Positions 50,264 to 59,407 of a stretch of 64,000 bases of DNA are shown here, piece by piece. The notes beneath the pieces were generated by a model that did not search any database, was not told the origin of the DNA, and worked only from the letters and a program-made list of their open reading frames with translations. This DNA is from an uncultured Chloroflexia bacterium. Its GTDB lineage: Bacteria; Chloroflexota; Limnocylindria; Limnocylindrales; CSP1-4. The stretch lies in the NCBI GenBank assembly GCA_963819655.1, contig CAWFXA010000003.1, positions 352,001 through 416,000 of the forward strand. Reading direction: 5' to 3'. Every line of letters begins with the position of its first letter. Position 1 is the first letter of the stretch. The position numbers were made by a program, and so were the translations under genes.

Positions 50264-51121
50264 TCAGCTCAGCTGGACCGCGATCGGGAAGGTCGCACGG
50301 TAGGCGTCGCCGTCCTGGGTCACCGCCAGGAGCGTCGCGCCGCCGCTCTGGTTGAAGATCTGGTCTGACGCGTTCGGCTGGTCCTGCGGCCCCTTCTGCG
50401 CATAGACGCCGGTCGCGTACACGTCGCGGCTCAGGTCATCGTCGAAGAACAGCTGCGACGTGAACTCGAAGCCGGCTTCGGCCTCCGGATCCGTGCGGAT
50501 CTTGAAGTGGATGTGGACGGCGCGGCCCTGATACCAGCCGGGATAGATGGTCGTGAATGACGCCCGCCCGGTGGCATCGGTGCGCTGGAAGCCGCGCAGG
50601 AAGTTGCCCGTGTTCCCGCTCACGCCCGAATAGTCGCCCAGCGCGTCGCAATGCCACACATCGACGACGACGCCTTCCAGCGGCACGCACGCGGAGCCGT
50701 TCGCCTGCGACACGATCCAGTCGAGGGTCAGCGTCGCCCCCGCGGAAACGGCGTTGTCCGCGGTGTTCACGCGGATATCGGATCGATCGAGATTCACATC
50801 GAGGTAATACGGACCCTCGGTCAGCTCGGGCGCGACCACGCAGGCTGGCAGGGCTGTCGCGATAGCCGCTGACGCGCTGGCCGACGCCTCCGCGCTCGCA
50901 GCGGCGGTGGCTGCGGCGGATGGTGCCGCCGACGCCTCCGCCGAGGCGGACGAGGATGCCGATCCGCCCGGCACGCACGCTGCGAGGAATGTCGCGGCGC
51001 CACCCGCGCCGATGAGCGCGAGGACCTCGCGCCGGGAGAGGATCCGACCGATCAGTCGGTCATCGTCGTCGAGATCGTCGAGCGACGGCGGCGAGGTCGG
51101 CGAGGGCGCTGGAGAGGTCAT
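50264..51121 (-). CDS. Intradiol ring-cleavage dioxygenase-like Tat lipoprotein
   Basis: SRREVL + FLAAC, TEGPYY, DVWHCDA.G.YS, LRG.Q.TD, TIYPGWY.GRAVHIH, TSQLFF. Confidence 0.88.
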   Translation of the reverse strand: MTSPAPSPTSPPSLDDLDDDDRLIGRILSRREVLALIGAGGAATFLAACVPGGSASSSASAEASAAPSAAATAAASAEASASASAAIATALPACVVAPELTEGPYYLDVNLDRSDIRVNTADNAVSAGATLTLDWIVSQANGSACVPLEGVVVDVWHCDALGDYSGVSGNTGNFLRGFQRTDATGRASFTTIYPGWYQGRAVHIHFKIRTDPEAEAGFEFTSQLFFDDDLSRDVYATGVYAQKGPQDQPNASDQIFNQSGGATLLAVTQDGDAYRATFPIAVQLS

Positions 51122-51209
51122 GAGGGAGGCTCCGAGCGGGTCGATCAGGTCGATAAGGCTCGGCGCCGGACGTGAGAGCCGTCTGAGACCGCGCTGAGGT
51201 GCGACCCGG

Positions 51210-51386
51210 TCAGTGCGTCGGTTGCGCCTCCGCCTCGGCCTCCTCGACCAGGTCGAATTCCGTCCACGCGCACGACGGGCAGGTCCACTTCTCGAAAGCG
51301 CCTTTGTCCGCGGCCTCGGTGGCCGACGACCATGACTCGCGGCTGTCGATGCTGCCGCATTTCTCGCATTTCCTGACGAAGGCCAT
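51210..51386 (-). CDS. 58-aa CPxC zinc-finger micro-protein
   Basis: GAGGAG SD; MAFVRKCEKCG...WTCPSCAWTEFDLVEE. Confidence 0.75.
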   Translation of the reverse strand: MAFVRKCEKCGSIDSRESWSSATEAADKGAFEKWTCPSCAWTEFDLVEEAEAEAQPTH

Positions 51387-51524
51387 CGGTTCTCCTCGTC
51401 TTCGCTCGTTCCAACGCCCATCACCGTGGGCCGACGGCGGGCACGACCGCATCACGTCCCCTGCGTGGCGACTTGCGGTCCCATTGCATAGCCGCGCCGC
51501 GTCGGTTCGGTACCATTGCGGCCG

Positions 51525-54290
51525 ATGTCGACCCCACCCGTCACCCCGGATCCCCGGATCGTGTCGCGGCCTGCGTCGGAGCTCCGTCAGCGCTTCATCG
51601 AGTTCTTCGCCGAGCGCGGCCATATGGTCGTCCCGAGCGCGAGCCTCGTGCCGGCCGGCGACCAGACGCTGCTGTTCACGAACAGTGGGATGGTCCAGTT
51701 CAAGGATGTCCTGACCGGCGCCGAGACGCGCAGCTACGCGCGCGCCGTCGACTACCAGCGCTGCCTGCGCGTCGCCGGCAAGCACAACGACTTCGAGGAG
51801 GTCGGGCGCACGCCACGCCACCACACCCTCTTCGAGATGCTCGGCAACTGGAGCTTCGGCGACTATTTCAAACGCGATGCCATCCATTACGCGTGGGACT
51901 TCCTGACGCGCGATCTGGGGCTGCCGGGCGAGCTGCTCGCCGCCACCACGTACACCACCGACGACCTCGCCCACGAGATCTGGCGCGACGAGATCGGGCT
52001 GCCGCCGGAGCGCCTGGTCCGCTGGGGCGACTTCCCCAACGGCGATGAGAAGAACTGGTGGCGGATGGCCGACATCGGGCCGTGCGGGCCGTGCAGCGAG
52101 ATCCATTTCGATCGCGGGTCGCACCTGAGCGAGGGTCCCGAGTGCATCCCGGACCACAGCGAGACGTGTCCTCGCTGGCTCGAGATCTGGAACCTCGTGT
52201 TCATGGAGTTCGAGCTCCATCCCGACCGCTCGCTGACCCCGCTGCCGGCGCCCGGCGTCGATACCGGGATGGGCCTCGAGCGCCTCGCCAGCGTCGTCCA
52301 GCAGGTGCCCACCAACTACGACACCGACCTGTTCACGCCGATCCACGCACGGATGCGCGAGCTGCTCGGGCACGATCCCGACGCGTTCGAGCAGGAGCGC
52401 TTCAGCTACCAGGTCATCGCCGATCATTCACGCGCCGTCACGTTCCTCATCGGTGACGACGTCCTTCCCAGCAATGAGGGGAGGGGCTACGTCCTGCGAC
52501 GGATCCTGCGGCGCGCCGTCCGCCACGGCCGTCTGCTGGGGCGGCGTGAGCCGTTCATGGCCGCCACGGCCGAGGTGGTCATCGACGTCATGGCCGACGC
52601 GTACCCCCACCTCGTCGAGAAGCGGGACGTGATCCTCGCCACGATCGCGCGCGAGGAGGCGCAGTTCGCGCGCACGCTCGATGCCGGGACGGCTCAGCTC
52701 GAGGAGGCGCTCGATGCCCTGTCAAGGGCTGAGCGCGTCATCGGCCGGGGACCCGAGGACCTGCCTGCGGACGCCCCGCGACTCCCCGGCGACGTCGCCT
52801 TCCGGCTGCACGACACGTACGGCTTCCCGGTCGACCTGACCGCGGAACTCGCGGCCGAATACGGGGTGGCCATCGATCGCGAGGGCTTCGACGCCGCGCT
52901 CGCCGAGCAGCGCGAGCGCAGTCGATCGGGCAAGAAGGCCGAGCTCGCCAAGCACGCCGAGTCGACGTCGCTGTACAGCGCCATCCAGGCGCGCAGCGGC
53001 GACACCGAGTTCCTGGGCTACGAGACGACGACCGCCGAGGGCCGCGTCGTCGCGATCGTCCGCGACGGGATGGAGTACGACGAGCTGACCGGTCTCGGTG
53101 AAGCCGAGGTCGGGCTCGACCGGACGCCGTTCTATGCCGAGGGCGGCGGACAGGTCGGCGATCAGGGAGTGCTGCGCGAGCCCGGCGGCGGAAGCCCGCT
53201 GTTCACGGTCGAGGACACCCAGCGTCCGGTCGGTGGCTTGATCGTCCACCGTGGCACGCTCCGGGGTCGGCTCAACGTGGGCGCGACCGTCGAAGCCGTC
53301 GTCGACGCATCGCGGCGCGCCGACACGATGCGCAACCACACGGGGACGCATCTCCTGCATCGGGCGCTCCGCAACGTGGTGGGCAACCGGGCGCGTCAGG
53401 CCGGCTCGCTCGTGCACCCCGACTACTTGCGCTTCGACTACCCGTTCGACCGGGCGCTCACCGATGACGAGAAGCGGGCGATCGAGGACGAGGTCCGCGC
53501 GGTCATCCGCGACGATCGCCCTGTGACGGTCCAGTTCATGCCGATGGCCGAGGCCATCGAGCAGGGTGCGGACGCGTTCTTCGACGAGAAGTATGGCGAG
53601 ACCGTGCGCACGGTCCGCGTCCAGGACTACAGCTTCGAGCTGTGCGGTGGGACACACTGCCGGGCCACTGGCCAGATCGGCGGATTCGTGATCACCGGCG
53701 AGCGGAGCATCGGGTCCGGCCAGCGGCGGATCGAGGCCGTCACGGGCGCCGGTGCGGACAGGCTCATCCGCGAGAGTCTGGAGACGCTCGATCGGCTTGC
53801 CGACACGGTCGGGGTGCCATCCCTGGACCGGCTCGAAGACCGCGTGACCGCATTGCAGGAGGAGCTGCGCGAGGCGCGTCGTCGCCTGCGGGCCGGCGCG
53901 GGCAGCTCGGTCCCCAAGCCGGCCGAATTGGCCGCCCGAGCCGAGGAGGTCGCGCCCGGTGTTCGGCTGGTCGCTGCGACGGTGCCTTACGAGTCGATGG
54001 ATGCGCTCAAGGCCGCCTCAAAAGAGGTGCGGGCCGTCCTCGGGAATGGCGTCATCGCGATGTTCCTCGATGCCGAGGCGCCGGGGGTATGGGTGACGGT
54101 GTCTGACGACCTGGTCGGCCGCGGGTTGTCGGCGGGTGACCTCGTCAAGGTCGCGGCGGGGCCGATCGGGGCCAAGGGCGGCGGCCGGCCGCAGATGGCC
54201 CAGGGCATGGGCACGCGACGCGAAGGACTGTCGGAGGCAGAGGCCGCGCTCCGCAGCTCGATCGCCGAGCGGCTCGGCGCGGGGGGCTGA
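51525..54290 (+). CDS. alaS: Alanine--tRNA ligase
   Basis: LLFTNSGM, FEMLGNWSFGDYFK, GPCGPCSE, DTGMGLER, editing HTGTH...CGGTH, GGGRP. Confidence 0.98.
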   Translation: MSTPPVTPDPRIVSRPASELRQRFIEFFAERGHMVVPSASLVPAGDQTLLFTNSGMVQFKDVLTGAETRSYARAVDYQRCLRVAGKHNDFEEVGRTPRHHTLFEMLGNWSFGDYFKRDAIHYAWDFLTRDLGLPGELLAATTYTTDDLAHEIWRDEIGLPPERLVRWGDFPNGDEKNWWRMADIGPCGPCSEIHFDRGSHLSEGPECIPDHSETCPRWLEIWNLVFMEFELHPDRSLTPLPAPGVDTGMGLERLASVVQQVPTNYDTDLFTPIHARMRELLGHDPDAFEQERFSYQVIADHSRAVTFLIGDDVLPSNEGRGYVLRRILRRAVRHGRLLGRREPFMAATAEVVIDVMADAYPHLVEKRDVILATIAREEAQFARTLDAGTAQLEEALDALSRAERVIGRGPEDLPADAPRLPGDVAFRLHDTYGFPVDLTAELAAEYGVAIDREGFDAALAEQRERSRSGKKAELAKHAESTSLYSAIQARSGDTEFLGYETTTAEGRVVAIVRDGMEYDELTGLGEAEVGLDRTPFYAEGGGQVGDQGVLREPGGGSPLFTVEDTQRPVGGLIVHRGTLRGRLNVGATVEAVVDASRRADTMRNHTGTHLLHRALRNVVGNRARQAGSLVHPDYLRFDYPFDRALTDDEKRAIEDEVRAVIRDDRPVTVQFMPMAEAIEQGADAFFDEKYGETVRTVRVQDYSFELCGGTHCRATGQIGGFVITGERSIGSGQRRIEAVTGAGADRLIRESLETLDRLADTVGVPSLDRLEDRVTALQEELREARRRLRAGAGSSVPKPAELAARAEEVAPGVRLVAATVPYESMDALKAASKEVRAVLGNGVIAMFLDAEAPGVWVTVSDDLVGRGLSAGDLVKVAAGPIGAKGGGRPQMAQGMGTRREGLSEAEAALRSSIAERLGAGG

Positions 54291-55552
54291 TGGCGTTCTG
54301 GCGCCGCATCTGGCAGCGCGATGGCGCCGACAGTCTCGCGGCGTGCACAGCACTCGACGTCGGGACGGAGTTCGCCAAGGCGCTCGTGTTCGAGATCGAC
54401 GATGAGGGGCTGGGCACTGTGCGCGGGGTGGGCAGGAAACGGCAGGGCCTATCGCACATGCAGTCGGGGACCGTCGCGGACATCGCGGCGGTCGTCGATA
54501 ACTGCGCCGTCGCGCTCCAGGAGGCCGAGGAGATGGCCGGCTTCCGGCCGAGCCAGGTCGTGATCGGCATCGCCGGAGAGCTCGTCAAGGGGTTCACGAC
54601 GACCCACAGCCAGGAACGCAGGAAGCCCGACCAGCCGATCTCCGAGGCGGAGCTCCAGAAGCTCATCGACGGCGTCCAGCGCGAGGCGCTGGGCGAGGCG
54701 GAGCGGGCGATCACCTGGGAGACAGGTCTGCCCCACGTCGACGTGCGGCTCGTCCACGCCGCGGTGACCGGCGCCTCGATCGACGGCTACGCCCTCACGA
54801 ACCCGGTCGGCTTCCAGGGTCGTCACGTCAAGATCGGGATCTTCAACGCCTTTGCGCCGCTCGTTCACCTCGGGGCGTTGCAGAGCGTCGCGTCGCAGCT
54901 CGACCTCGAGCTGCTCGAGATCGTCGCCGAGCCCTATGCCGTGGCCCGCGTCCTCGGCACGGAGCAGATCCGCCAGTCCGGGGCGCTATTCGTCGATGTC
55001 GGCGGCGGCACGACGGACGTCGCGCTCGTTCGCCAGGGCGGGATCGAGGGCACGCGCATGTTCGCGCTCGGCGGTCGGGCCTTCACGAAGTCGCTGGCCG
55101 ACCGGCTCGACCTACCGTTCCCACGAGCCGAGTCGCTCAAAGTCGACTATGCGCGCGGCATCCCGATCGAGCGCCGGGAGGACATCGCGAACATCATCGG
55201 CGAGGATGTCAGGGTGTGGGCCGCCGGTGTCGAGCTCGTGATGGAGGAATTGTCGGGTGGTGACCTGCTGCCCGGCCGGATCTACCTGTGCGGCGGCGGG
55301 TCCCGCCTGCCGGAGATCCGCGAGGCCCTGGCGGCCGAGACATTCTGGAAGCGCATGCCGTTCGCACGGCCGCCCGAGGTGGCCGTCCTGTCTCCCGACC
55401 AGATCGACACGGTCGTCGATGCGACCGACCTGCTCGTCGACCAGCAGGACGTGACGCCGCTAGGGCTGGCGTACCAGGCGATCGAGCTCCAGACCACGGC
55501 AGATCCACTCGAGGTCGCGCTCCGACGGGTGTTGCGCGCGATGAAGGTCTGA
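54290..55552 (+). CDS. FtsA-like actin-fold ATPase (orphan paralog)
   Basis: ALDVGT, M.SG.V.DI, AEPYA, DVGGGTTD, GGRAFT, AE.LK, LCGGGS.LP; no ftsZ nearby. Confidence 0.88.
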   Translation: MAFWRRIWQRDGADSLAACTALDVGTEFAKALVFEIDDEGLGTVRGVGRKRQGLSHMQSGTVADIAAVVDNCAVALQEAEEMAGFRPSQVVIGIAGELVKGFTTTHSQERRKPDQPISEAELQKLIDGVQREALGEAERAITWETGLPHVDVRLVHAAVTGASIDGYALTNPVGFQGRHVKIGIFNAFAPLVHLGALQSVASQLDLELLEIVAEPYAVARVLGTEQIRQSGALFVDVGGGTTDVALVRQGGIEGTRMFALGGRAFTKSLADRLDLPFPRAESLKVDYARGIPIERREDIANIIGEDVRVWAAGVELVMEELSGGDLLPGRIYLCGGGSRLPEIREALAAETFWKRMPFARPPEVAVLSPDQIDTVVDATDLLVDQQDVTPLGLAYQAIELQTTADPLEVALRRVLRAMKV

Positions 55553-55555
55553 CCC

Positions 55556-56320
55556 ATGGAGGTCCGCATCCTCTACCTCGACATCGACGACGAGATCACG
55601 ACGGCGGCTGCGCGCGTCCGCGGCGCCGAGGGCACCCGGATCTCGATCGTTCTGCCCAACGGATCGCGGTTGGCGACCTCGCGGATCAATTTCCGGCTCC
55701 TGGCACGCGACGCGACGCTCAACAGCAAGCAGCTCTCGATCATCTCCGGCGATGCCGCCACGCGGGCATTGGCCGCATCCGCCGGGTTGCCGATCTTCGC
55801 GTCGGTCGCTGAATACGAGTCGGCACTCGAGGCCGAGCGTGGCGCCAAGGGTGCGGGCTCGACCGAGCCCGCGGTGAGCGCCGAGTCCGGAGACACCGCC
55901 GGCGCCGTCGGTGCGGCCGCCGCCGCAGGAGCGGCCGCCGCAGGAGCGGCCGCCGTGGAGGGTGCTGCCGGCGTGACCGGCGCGTCCGAGCCCGAGAGGG
56001 CGCCCTCCGTCCGGTCGGCCCGGTCGAGGCGCAAGCCGCGAGCGCCGATCGAGACCGGCGACGAGACGATGGGTCTGTTCCCGCCACCCGTGCAGGCTGG
56101 AGACGTGACCACAGGTACGGCGGCCGCCGGTACGGCCGCGGCAGTGGCGGCCGCGCCGGTGCCCCCGGACCGTGGCAGAGGGCTGAGGTCGCCCCGCCGC
56201 CCTTCGTGGCCGCGACACGCAGCCAGGTCGGCGTCCCGCGTGGCCCCGCAGCCATTCCCGCGGCCCGGGTCATGGCCGACACGCCCCCCGATGTCGTGCC
56301 CGCGGCGCCGTCCCGCGTGA
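55556..56320 (+). CDS. N-terminal part of a frameshift-split membrane protein (small alpha/beta cytoplasmic domain + Ala-rich linker)
   Basis: ILYLDIDDEITT...LVLP-like...NFRLLAR...D...RALA..AG; translation turns Arg/Pro/Ser-biased after about 56165. Confidence 0.7.
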   Translation: MEVRILYLDIDDEITTAAARVRGAEGTRISIVLPNGSRLATSRINFRLLARDATLNSKQLSIISGDAATRALAASAGLPIFASVAEYESALEAERGAKGAGSTEPAVSAESGDTAGAVGAAAAAGAAAAGAAAVEGAAGVTGASEPERAPSVRSARSRRKPRAPIETGDETMGLFPPPVQAGDVTTGTAAAGTAAAVAAAPVPPDRGRGLRSPRRPSWPRHAARSASRVAPQPFPRPGSWPTRPPMSCPRRRPA

Positions 56321-57525
56321 CTGGTTCGCGCGTCCTGCCCGCACCGATGGGGCGGCAACTCCTGCCGGCCACGCTGCGCACGCCACTGGTCATCGGGCTG
56401 GCCGTCCTCGCGCTCGCTCTCGTCGTCGGCGGCGTGGGCGCCTACGTGTTCCTGCCGACAGCCACCGCGGTCATCACGCCCCGTGAGGCGGCGATCGGAC
56501 CGCTTCCACTGCGGATCGTCGCTAGCCCATCCGCCACCGAGCCCGATCCGGTCGCCAGGACGGTTCCGGCCCAGACCAAGACGTTCGACGTCGAGACGAG
56601 CCAGACCTTCACCGTCACGGGCAAGCGAGTCGAAGAGACCGAAGCCAAGGGCACTGTCCGGTTCCGCAACAAGGACTTCACGTCCACGAACACGATCCCG
56701 CGCGGCAGCATCGTGAGCACCCAGTCGGGCGTCCGCTTCCGGACCGATCGCGCGGTGACGGTGGCACGCGCCGAGCTCGTCGGGCTCCAGGTCTTCCCCG
56801 CGTCCGCGACGGTCAAGGTGACGGCCGTGAAGGCCGGCACCGCCGGGAACGTCGAACCGAACACGATCCTGGTGATCCCGCGCGGCGAGGACCCACTGAC
56901 GCTCGACGTCACGAACCCGGACCAGACCAGCGGCGGCAAGCGGGACGAGTTCCCACAGGTCAAGCAGGCCGACATCGATGCCGCGACCAAGGCGCTCGGA
57001 GAGGGACTCGCGACCGCCTTCCAGGAGAAGCTCGCCGACCCGGCGCTCGTCGCCGATGGGTCGACCGTCTTCGGCGAGACCGCGTCCCTCGGCACGCCGA
57101 CGTACACGGTCGACCCGGCGACACTGCTCGGCGACGAGATCGAGACGTTCGATCTGGGCGCCTCGGCCAGCGGCACCGTCCTGACGGTCGACGAGGCCTC
57201 GGTGCAGGTCGTCGCGGAGGCGAACATCGCAAGCCAGGTCCAGTCGGGCTACGCCCTGGTCGATGGCTCCAGCACCATCGACGCGTCGCGCGGCGAGGTC
57301 CAGGACGGCGTCATCTCGTTCCCGGCGATCATCACCGCCCGCCAGGTCCTGTTGCTCGACCCGACGGCGATCGAGGCCGAGATCCGCGGCAAGTCGTTGG
57401 CCGACGCAAAGTCGATCCTCGACGGATACGGCCGCGCCGAGCTCGCGGTCTGGCCGGACTGGGTGGCCACGGTCCCGACGCTCGATGCTCGCGTCGATGT
57501 CCGCACGACCGAGGCAACGCCATGA
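56206..57525 (+). CDS. C-terminal part: TM + baseplate J/gp47-like extracytoplasmic domain
   Basis: TM ending LP.ATAVITP; AKGTVRFRN, IPRGSIV, G.RFRT, V.A...G.AGNV, VTN....SGG.DE motifs typical of baseplate J. Confidence 0.8.
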   Translation: MAATRSQVGVPRGPAAIPAARVMADTPPDVVPAAPSRVTGSRVLPAPMGRQLLPATLRTPLVIGLAVLALALVVGGVGAYVFLPTATAVITPREAAIGPLPLRIVASPSATEPDPVARTVPAQTKTFDVETSQTFTVTGKRVEETEAKGTVRFRNKDFTSTNTIPRGSIVSTQSGVRFRTDRAVTVARAELVGLQVFPASATVKVTAVKAGTAGNVEPNTILVIPRGEDPLTLDVTNPDQTSGGKRDEFPQVKQADIDAATKALGEGLATAFQEKLADPALVADGSTVFGETASLGTPTYTVDPATLLGDEIETFDLGASASGTVLTVDEASVQVVAEANIASQVQSGYALVDGSSTIDASRGEVQDGVISFPAIITARQVLLLDPTAIEAEIRGKSLADAKSILDGYGRAELAVWPDWVATVPTLDARVDVRTTEATP

Positions 57526-58019
57526 CGGGATTCCTCGGCATCGACCTCGGGGAGCGGCGGATCGGCATCGCCATCTCCGACGGCCCGGACGTGGGCGCGC
57601 GCCCGCTCGCGACGATGCCCCGTGGACGCTCGATCGACGCGGACGCGTCGGCGCTCGGATCCCTGATCGACACGCACGCGATCGACGAGCTCGTCGTCGG
57701 ACTGCCGCTCGACGCGGCCGGGCACGAGGGCTCGCAGGCGGCCGCGACCCGCGCCTGGGTCGACGCGCTCAGGACAGTTCTCGGAGAACGGGTCAGAATC
57801 GGGTTTCGAGACGAGCGCCTGACCAGCCACGTCGCGGAGACGCGGCTCGGTCCGATGCCGCGCGGCCGCTCGGGCGGACCGCCGTCGCGCCAGCAGCGCG
57901 ACGCGTACCGGGCCCGGGTCGACCGTGAGGCCGCGTCGATCATCCTGCAAGATGAGCTGGACAGCCGCCGGGCGACCGGGTCCGCTCCGACCCGACCGAC
58001 GATGGAGAGCCGACCATGA
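57522..58019 (+). CDS. ruvX: YqgF/RuvX RNase H-fold nuclease
   Basis: LGIDLGERRIGIA.SD, VVGLP, DERLTS, VD..AA.IILQ. Confidence 0.93.
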   Translation: MTGFLGIDLGERRIGIAISDGPDVGARPLATMPRGRSIDADASALGSLIDTHAIDELVVGLPLDAAGHEGSQAAATRAWVDALRTVLGERVRIGFRDERLTSHVAETRLGPMPRGRSGGPPSRQQRDAYRARVDREAASIILQDELDSRRATGSAPTRPTMESRP

Positions 58020-59407
58020 CGATCCGCTCCGGCGGACGCCCGCGCGACCAACGACCCCCGCACGCCCGCCGCTACGAGGCCGATGCCTATGCGACGGACT
58101 ACGTGCCCGAGGACTTCGAGCCGTCGCGCCGGTACGGCCCCGGTGGCGGCAACGGGCGGCGGCGGGGTGGCGGTGGCAGCGGCCTCGGCGGGGTGGTCAA
58201 GTTCCTGCTGTTCGCGCTGCTGCTGGGCGGGCTCGTCCTCATCGTGGCGCTCACGGCACTCCGGCCGGTCGTCAACAACGCGATCCTGTCGTGGGCCGAG
58301 GACAGCCCGGCCGCCCTGAGCCTGCCCTTCGTCGCCGATATCGTCCGCGAGGACATCGGCACGTCGCTGACGCAGCCCGTCTCGAGCGACCCGGAACAGG
58401 TCGAGTTCGTCATCGCGGAGGGGGATACTGCGTCGTCGATCGCGGCGCGACTCGAGGTCGAGGGGCTGATCCGTGATCGCCGGGCGTTCATCTTCATCGC
58501 GAGCGAGCGTGCGCTGACCGGGTCGCTTCAGCACGGGACCTTCGTGCTGCGCAAGAACATGACACCCGATCAGGTCGTCACTGCGCTGCTCGCTCCGCCG
58601 GAGGACCCCTACGTCGAAGTCGACCTACGAACGGGACTCCGCCTCGAGCAGATCACGGCCAAGCTGCAGACCCTTCCACTCGAGATGGATGTCCGTGCGT
58701 TCTACGAGCTGGCCAAGGAGCCGCCGGCGACGCTCCTCGCGGATTACCCGTGGCTCCGCCGCGCCCTGGCCGACGCGCCCGAGGGCGCGTCACTGGAAGG
58801 CTTCCTGTGGGCCGGCAATTACCGGGTGCTGCCCGATACGACGCCCGAGGAGCTGCTTCGCAAGATGCTCGACGCGTTCCACGAAGCGATCGGCGACGAC
58901 AAGATGAAGGTCCCGGCCGAGCGCGGGATGTCGTTCTACCAGGTGCTGAGCCTGGCATCGATCGTCGAACGCGAGGCCGCGCTCGACGAGGAGCGGCCGC
59001 TGATCGCTGGCGTGTACCAGAACCGACTGAACGGGATACCTGGCATCAAGAACAAGATCCTCAATGCCGACCCGACGGTCATCTACGCCAACGACACGGT
59101 CCAGCTGGCCGCGCTCGACTTCGAAAAGTGGCAGGACTACCGCTTCTGGACTGTGCCCGAAGGCGTCGCTCTCCGGGACGTCCCGCTGCCCGAGGAGTTG
59201 ATGGGCTACCAGACGTACACCCAGCCGGGTCTCATCCCGGGACCGATCGTTACCCCGACGGTCGCCTCGATCGACGGGGCGCTGCACCCCGACACGGCCG
59301 ATAAGTACATCTACTTCCTGGCCATCCCCGACACCAAGCAGCATGCGTTCGCCAAGACCGCCAAGGAACACGAGGCAAACCGGAAGAAGTACGGCTACAT
59401 CCAGTGA
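58016..59407 (+). CDS. mltG: Endolytic transglycosylase MltG
   Basis: TM, LEGFL, LASIVERE, IAGVY.NRL, ADPT, GL.PGPI, YIYF. Confidence 0.92.
   Translation: MTIRSGGRPRDQRPPHARRYEADAYATDYVPEDFEPSRRYGPGGGNGRRRGGGGSGLGGVVKFLLFALLLGGLVLIVALTALRPVVNNAILSWAEDSPAALSLPFVADIVREDIGTSLTQPVSSDPEQVEFVIAEGDTASSIAARLEVEGLIRDRRAFIFIASERALTGSLQHGTFVLRKNMTPDQVVTALLAPPEDPYVEVDLRTGLRLEQITAKLQTLPLEMDVRAFYELAKEPPATLLADYPWLRRALADAPEGASLEGFLWAGNYRVLPDTTPEELLRKMLDAFHEAIGDDKMKVPAERGMSFYQVLSLASIVEREAALDEERPLIAGVYQNRLNGIPGIKNKILNADPTVIYANDTVQLAALDFEKWQDYRFWTVPEGVALRDVPLPEELMGYQTYTQPGLIPGPIVTPTVASIDGALHPDTADKYIYFLAIPDTKQHAFAKTAKEHEANRKKYGYIQ

Noticed and set aside
55556-57525. Prophage, tailocin or eCIS suggested by the baseplate J domain
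   Set aside because: No tail, sheath, tube, capsid or lysis genes; the protein has a TM and sits in a housekeeping operon
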